From Desulfurococcaceae archaeon (lineage in GTDB: Archaea; Thermoproteota; Thermoprotei_A; Sulfolobales; Desulfurococcaceae), in assembly GCA_038816475.1 (NCBI GenBank), contig JAWBAI010000012.1:1-29492 (forward strand): 29,492 nt of DNA, read 5' to 3'. Below are positions 26,105 through 29,492 of the stretch, one piece after another; within the stretch, counting starts at the first letter, position 1; each line of letters begins with the position of its first letter. Position numbers and translations under genes: made by a program. The notes beneath the pieces were generated by a model that was not told where the DNA came from, ran no database searches, and was given only the letters and a program-made list of their open reading frames with translations.

Positions 26105-27064
26105 TTGACAAGAATACTCGTTATAGGTTCAACTGGTCAAATAGGCAGTGGACTAGTACCCGTTTTAAGAGAGATCTACGGTAGAGACAACGTTATAGCT
26201 GGTTACTACCCGAGTCCTCCAACGGGTAAGCTTGCAGAGGGTCCAGCTGAGTACGTGGATGTAACAAATGTTGAAACAATTGAAAGGGTTATCAAGAAGT
26301 ACGATGTAACAGAAGTTTACAACTTAGCTGCAGTACTGTCCGCGGCTGGCGAGAAGAATCCTCAGTTAGCGTGGAAGGTGAACATGATTGGACTATACAA
26401 TGTACTAGAACTTGCGAGAGAATACAGGTTCAGGGTGTTCTGGCCAAGCTCCATAGCAGTTTTCGGACCAACGACTCCAAAGTACAATACTCCGCAGCAT
26501 ACTGTGGTAGAGCCGACCACGATCTACGGTATTACAAAGTACGCTGGTGAACTACTAGTAAGGTACTATGTTTACAAGTACGACCTTGACATAAGGGGTG
26601 TTAGATGGCCTGGTATTATAAGTAGTGAAGCCTTGCCCGGTGGTGGTACAACGGACTACGCTGTGGAGATGTTCTACTACGCTGTAGAGCGAAAGCCGTA
26701 CGTGTGCTACCTTAGAGAAGACACAATGCTGCCAATGATGTACATGCCCGACGCTATAAAGTCTGTTTTGGACCTGATGAGAGCAGACAAATCCAAGCTA
26801 AAGCTCTTCGTAGGCTATAACGTTGCAGCTTTCAGCTTCACACCTAAGCAGCTCGAAGAAGAAATAAGAAAGTACGTTCCGGAGTTCAAGGTTGTATACC
26901 AGCCCGACTTCAGGCAGAAAATAGCGGATTCGTGGCCGAGAACAATAGATGATAGTGTTGCAAGGGAAGAGTGGGGTTGGAAACCGGAGTGGACATTTGA
27001 AGCAATGGTTAAAGACATGTTAATCAAGGTAGCCAAGAAGCTGGGTGTACAGCTGACAATATAG
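26105..27064 (+). CDS. tdh: L-threonine 3-dehydrogenase, SDR/GalE-like type
   Basis: Motifs GSTGQIG, LAAVLSAAGE, PSSIAVFG, YGITK, PGGGTTDY, MMYMPD and RQKIADSWP; GGTGA RBS before the TTG start. Confidence 0.88.
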   Translation: MTRILVIGSTGQIGSGLVPVLREIYGRDNVIAGYYPSPPTGKLAEGPAEYVDVTNVETIERVIKKYDVTEVYNLAAVLSAAGEKNPQLAWKVNMIGLYNVLELAREYRFRVFWPSSIAVFGPTTPKYNTPQHTVVEPTTIYGITKYAGELLVRYYVYKYDLDIRGVRWPGIISSEALPGGGTTDYAVEMFYYAVERKPYVCYLREDTMLPMMYMPDAIKSVLDLMRADKSKLKLFVGYNVAAFSFTPKQLEEEIRKYVPEFKVVYQPDFRQKIADSWPRTIDDSVAREEWGWKPEWTFEAMVKDMLIKVAKKLGVQLTI

Positions 27065-27169
27065 CAAGCTACCGAGTAACCGTGTCGGATTTTTTCTACC
27101 AGTTATTAACATCACGGTTAGCCAAGGTCTTCTGGTTTGCAACCTCGAAAAGTGTGGTGTGAGTTAGTT

Positions 27170-27760
27170 TTATACTCTACTTAGACTTATGTATCTGTGA
27201 ATAGCCAGTATATCACTCAGTATTGCTTGCCCCGTCTCTATTCTACCGGCTCCTGGACCAACGATCGTTAATAAGCCAAGGTGGTCTGTTTCCAAGGTTA
27301 AAGCATTCGTAACCCCCATTACGTTAGCTAGTGGGTGAGTTAAGGGGATCTTCCTAGGTCTCACCGAGGCTTTGACGTTGTCCCCGTTCTTCGAGACTTC
27401 GGCTACGAGCTTAATTCTGCATCCTTCTTCTCTAGCCTTCTTTATATCCTCCGTGGTGATTCTGGTGATACCCTCTCTCTCAACGTCCTTTATGGTTATC
27501 GAGGAACCCATGATCACGTTAGCCAGTATAACAGCCTTGATCGCCGCATCCCAGCCCTCAACGTCCAGCGTTGGATCAGCTTCAGCGTACCCGAGCTTCT
27601 GCGCTTCTCTCAGCGCTTCCTCGTAGGTTAACCCCTCCTCCATTCTGGTTAGTATGTAGTTCGTGGTTCCGTTGACTATTCCCTGTATTCTTCGCACATC
27701 TACTCCCGCCAGAGATTCGAGAACTAAGCTGAAGACAGGTGTACCACTGAGTACTACGCC
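27170..27760 (-). pseudogene. hom: Homoserine dehydrogenase, C-terminal half, interrupted by IS607
   Basis: Motifs GVVLSGTP, GIVNGTTNYIL, AQKLGYAEADP.LDVEGWDAAIK and GPGAG..ETG. The N-terminal NAD-binding domain is absent and similarity stops at the IS boundary. Confidence 0.88.
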
Positions 27761-27776
27761 TCGCGCGACTGTTTCG

Positions 27777-27807
27777 GGTTTCATATAGGTTTATAAGGGT
27801 TGATATC
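27777..27807 (+). repeat. Helically phased subterminal direct repeats at the IS607 left end (candidate TnpA binding sites)
   Basis: GGTTTCATAT (27777), GGTTTATAAG (27788) and GGTTGATATC (27798), spaced 11 and 10 bp apart. Confidence 0.55.
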
Positions 27808-27827
27808 ATTTATTATTGGAGGTGTCA

Positions 27828-28430
27828 ATGCTTCGACCAAAGGAGGTTTGTGAGAAGCTCGGTATCAGCTACACTACTCTGAGAGAGTACGTTAAGAGGG
27901 GATGGATTAAACCAGTTGTTCTCGAGAGTGGTAAGTGGAGGTTCAGAGAGGAAGACGTTGAGAAGCTTATGGGTATTGTTAAACCTAGAACCGTTATCCT
28001 CTACGCTCGCGTCTCCTCTCATACACAGAAGGACGACCTCGAGAGACAGGTGAAGGTTCTCGAGGAGTGGGCTAAGCAGAACAACGTAGAGAAGTACGAG
28101 GTCGTCACGGACATTGGGAGTGGTCTCAACGAGGATAGAAGAGGATTCAAGAGAATACTGAGACTTGCAACCGAGAGGAAGATATCCAAGATCGTAGTAG
28201 CGTACCCAGATAGACTCACCAGGTTCGGTTTCAAAACGCTGGTAGAACTCCTTAGAGCATTTGGAGTAGAGGTGGTTGTGTTAAACCACGAGGATAAAGA
28301 CTCAAAGGAAGAGCTCGTGGAGGACTTGATCACCATCGTATCTCACTTCGCTGGAAAACTCTATGGTATGAGGAGTCATAAGTACGAGAAAGTGGTTGAA
28401 GGTGTGAGAAAACTTGTTGAAGACCCGTGA
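27828..28430 (+). CDS. tnpA: IS607 transposase TnpA (MerR-like HTH plus serine recombinase)
   Basis: LRPKEVCEKLGISYTTLREY, YARVSS (catalytic Ser), DIGSG, DRLTRFG and ELVEDLITIVSHFAGKLYG; GGAGGTG RBS before ATG 27828. Confidence 0.95.
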   Translation: MLRPKEVCEKLGISYTTLREYVKRGWIKPVVLESGKWRFREEDVEKLMGIVKPRTVILYARVSSHTQKDDLERQVKVLEEWAKQNNVEKYEVVTDIGSGLNEDRRGFKRILRLATERKISKIVVAYPDRLTRFGFKTLVELLRAFGVEVVVLNHEDKDSKEELVEDLITIVSHFAGKLYGMRSHKYEKVVEGVRKLVEDP

Positions 28431-29492
28431 AGTAGTCAGAATGTATAGTGTTCCAGTAAGAGACTTGAGAGTTAGAGAGCTGATAACGTGGTACACTAGA
28501 ATGCTCCAGAGAGCGGTTGACATTATATGGGAGAACATTGTATGGGAGTACAGGTTTCCAGAGCTATCCATGAGAAGTGGAAGAGTTCGTGTTGAACTAG
28601 GGTACAAGGTTAAGGTTCCAAGAGTACCTGCTGATAGGAAGTTCAAGAAGATGCTTAGAGACTCTTTGCTCGCAGAGTGTCCATACGCTAAGCACTGGGT
28701 TGACGCTGTTATCAGAACAGCGTACTCTGTTATAGAGTCCTGGAGGAAGAGGTACCTGAAAGGGGAAGCCATGAAGGTTAAACCGAGGATTAGGAGGAGG
28801 TTTGCTAGATGCAAGATAACGCTCATGAAGGTTGACTACGGGAGGAAAGCGGTGAGGATAACTCTGAAGCCGGGTGAGTACTTTGAGGTTTCGTGGAGAG
28901 GAACGTGGTTCAGCAGGAGAGTTGAAGGATGGAGGATTGGTGAAGTAATCCTCAAGGACGATAGAGTGCTTATTCCGTTCAAGAAGATCGAGGTCTATAC
29001 TGTTGAGAGGGTTGTTGCATGGGATTCAAACGAGCTATCTCTCGACGGTTACTCCCCAGAAATTGGGTTCATCAAGGTTGATCTAAGGTACCTGCAGAGC
29101 TTGAAGATTGTTTACGAGAAGAAGAAAGCTACTGCTCAATCAATTGGTAAGAAAGAGCTGTTCGAGAAGTACGCTAAAAGAGAGAGAAACAGGGAAAGGG
29201 ACTACATAAACAAGCTCGTTAAGCAGATAACCACCATGTTCCCCAACGCTGTTCACGTAGTTGAAGACCTCAAGAAGGAGGACTTGGTTGCCAAGGGGAG
29301 AACCAGCAAGAATAGGAGGAAGAGAAACGCTAGAACGCCATGGGAAACAATACACAGAAAGCTCTCAGAGAAAGCACTAGTGGTTAAGGTTTCTCCACAC
29401 AACACCTCTCGAACCTGCCCACGATGCGGGTACGTGGTAAAGACCCGAGTGGGCAGGATGTTCAAATGCCCAAAGTGCAGTCTCGAAATGGA
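28414..29492 (+). CDS. tnpB: TnpB RNA-guided endonuclease family protein (3' partial)
   Basis: My translation is open from TTG 28414/28417 to the window end: KTREVVRMYSVPV...VVAWDSN (RuvC-I)...VHVVEDL (RuvC-II)...HNTSRTCPRCG...FKCPKC (Zn finger). It is not in the ORF track because there is no stop codon in the window. Confidence 0.92.
   Translation, partial: MLKTREVVRMYSVPVRDLRVRELITWYTRMLQRAVDIIWENIVWEYRFPELSMRSGRVRVELGYKVKVPRVPADRKFKKMLRDSLLAECPYAKHWVDAVIRTAYSVIESWRKRYLKGEAMKVKPRIRRRFARCKITLMKVDYGRKAVRITLKPGEYFEVSWRGTWFSRRVEGWRIGEVILKDDRVLIPFKKIEVYTVERVVAWDSNELSLDGYSPEIGFIKVDLRYLQSLKIVYEKKKATAQSIGKKELFEKYAKRERNRERDYINKLVKQITTMFPNAVHVVEDLKKEDLVAKGRTSKNRRKRNARTPWETIHRKLSEKALVVKVSPHNTSRTCPRCGYVVKTRVGRMFKCPKCSLEM

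Larger units (their letters stand above)
27761..29492 (+). mobile_element. IS607-family insertion sequence (right end lies beyond the window)
   Basis: tnpA (HTH plus serine recombinase) overlaps tnpB. The junction is at CC 27759-27760 (GG on the minus strand), consistent with IS607 GG target use. Confidence 0.9.

Noticed and set aside
656-29465. Many short ORFs overlapping or antisense to called genes (for example 656-1267, 2613-3023, 28302-28826)
   Set aside because: Shadow frames of well-supported genes, with no motifs of their own.

Overview
Archaeal chromosomal segment, most likely from a hyperthermophilic crenarchaeon (Desulfurococcales-like). This is inferred from GGTGA/AGGTG ribosome-binding sites, frequent GTG/TTG starts and the closest protein families I recognise. 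Most of it encodes nutrient scavenging and metabolism: a GH4 glycosidase, a SAM methyltransferase, a class-III PLP enzyme of the Thermococcales amino-acid racemase type, an HD hydrolase, a diacetylchitobiose-deacetylase-like enzyme, a six-gene ECF transporter/deaminase/nucleoside phosphorylase operon, a fucose-isomerase-like protein, a MacB/LolD-type ABC system with a large surface protein, and a kbl-tdh threonine degradation operon. There are two MNT-HEPN toxin-antitoxin pairs, one intact and one decayed, and a frameshifted orphan complex-I/Mrp antiporter-like gene. At the right edge an IS607-family element (tnpA plus tnpB, the latter missing from the ORF track because it runs off the window) has inserted into a homoserine dehydrogenase gene. 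The most unusual signal is at about 4500-4750: a GC-rich, multi-stem, protein-free RNA-like segment with its own TATA box, preceded by 10-bp-phased GGTT repeats like those at the IS607 left end. It is a candidate miniature IS607 derivative expressing a stand-alone TnpB omega (guide) RNA. I saw no tRNA, rRNA or CRISPR array. All calls come from reading the sequence; no searches were run.
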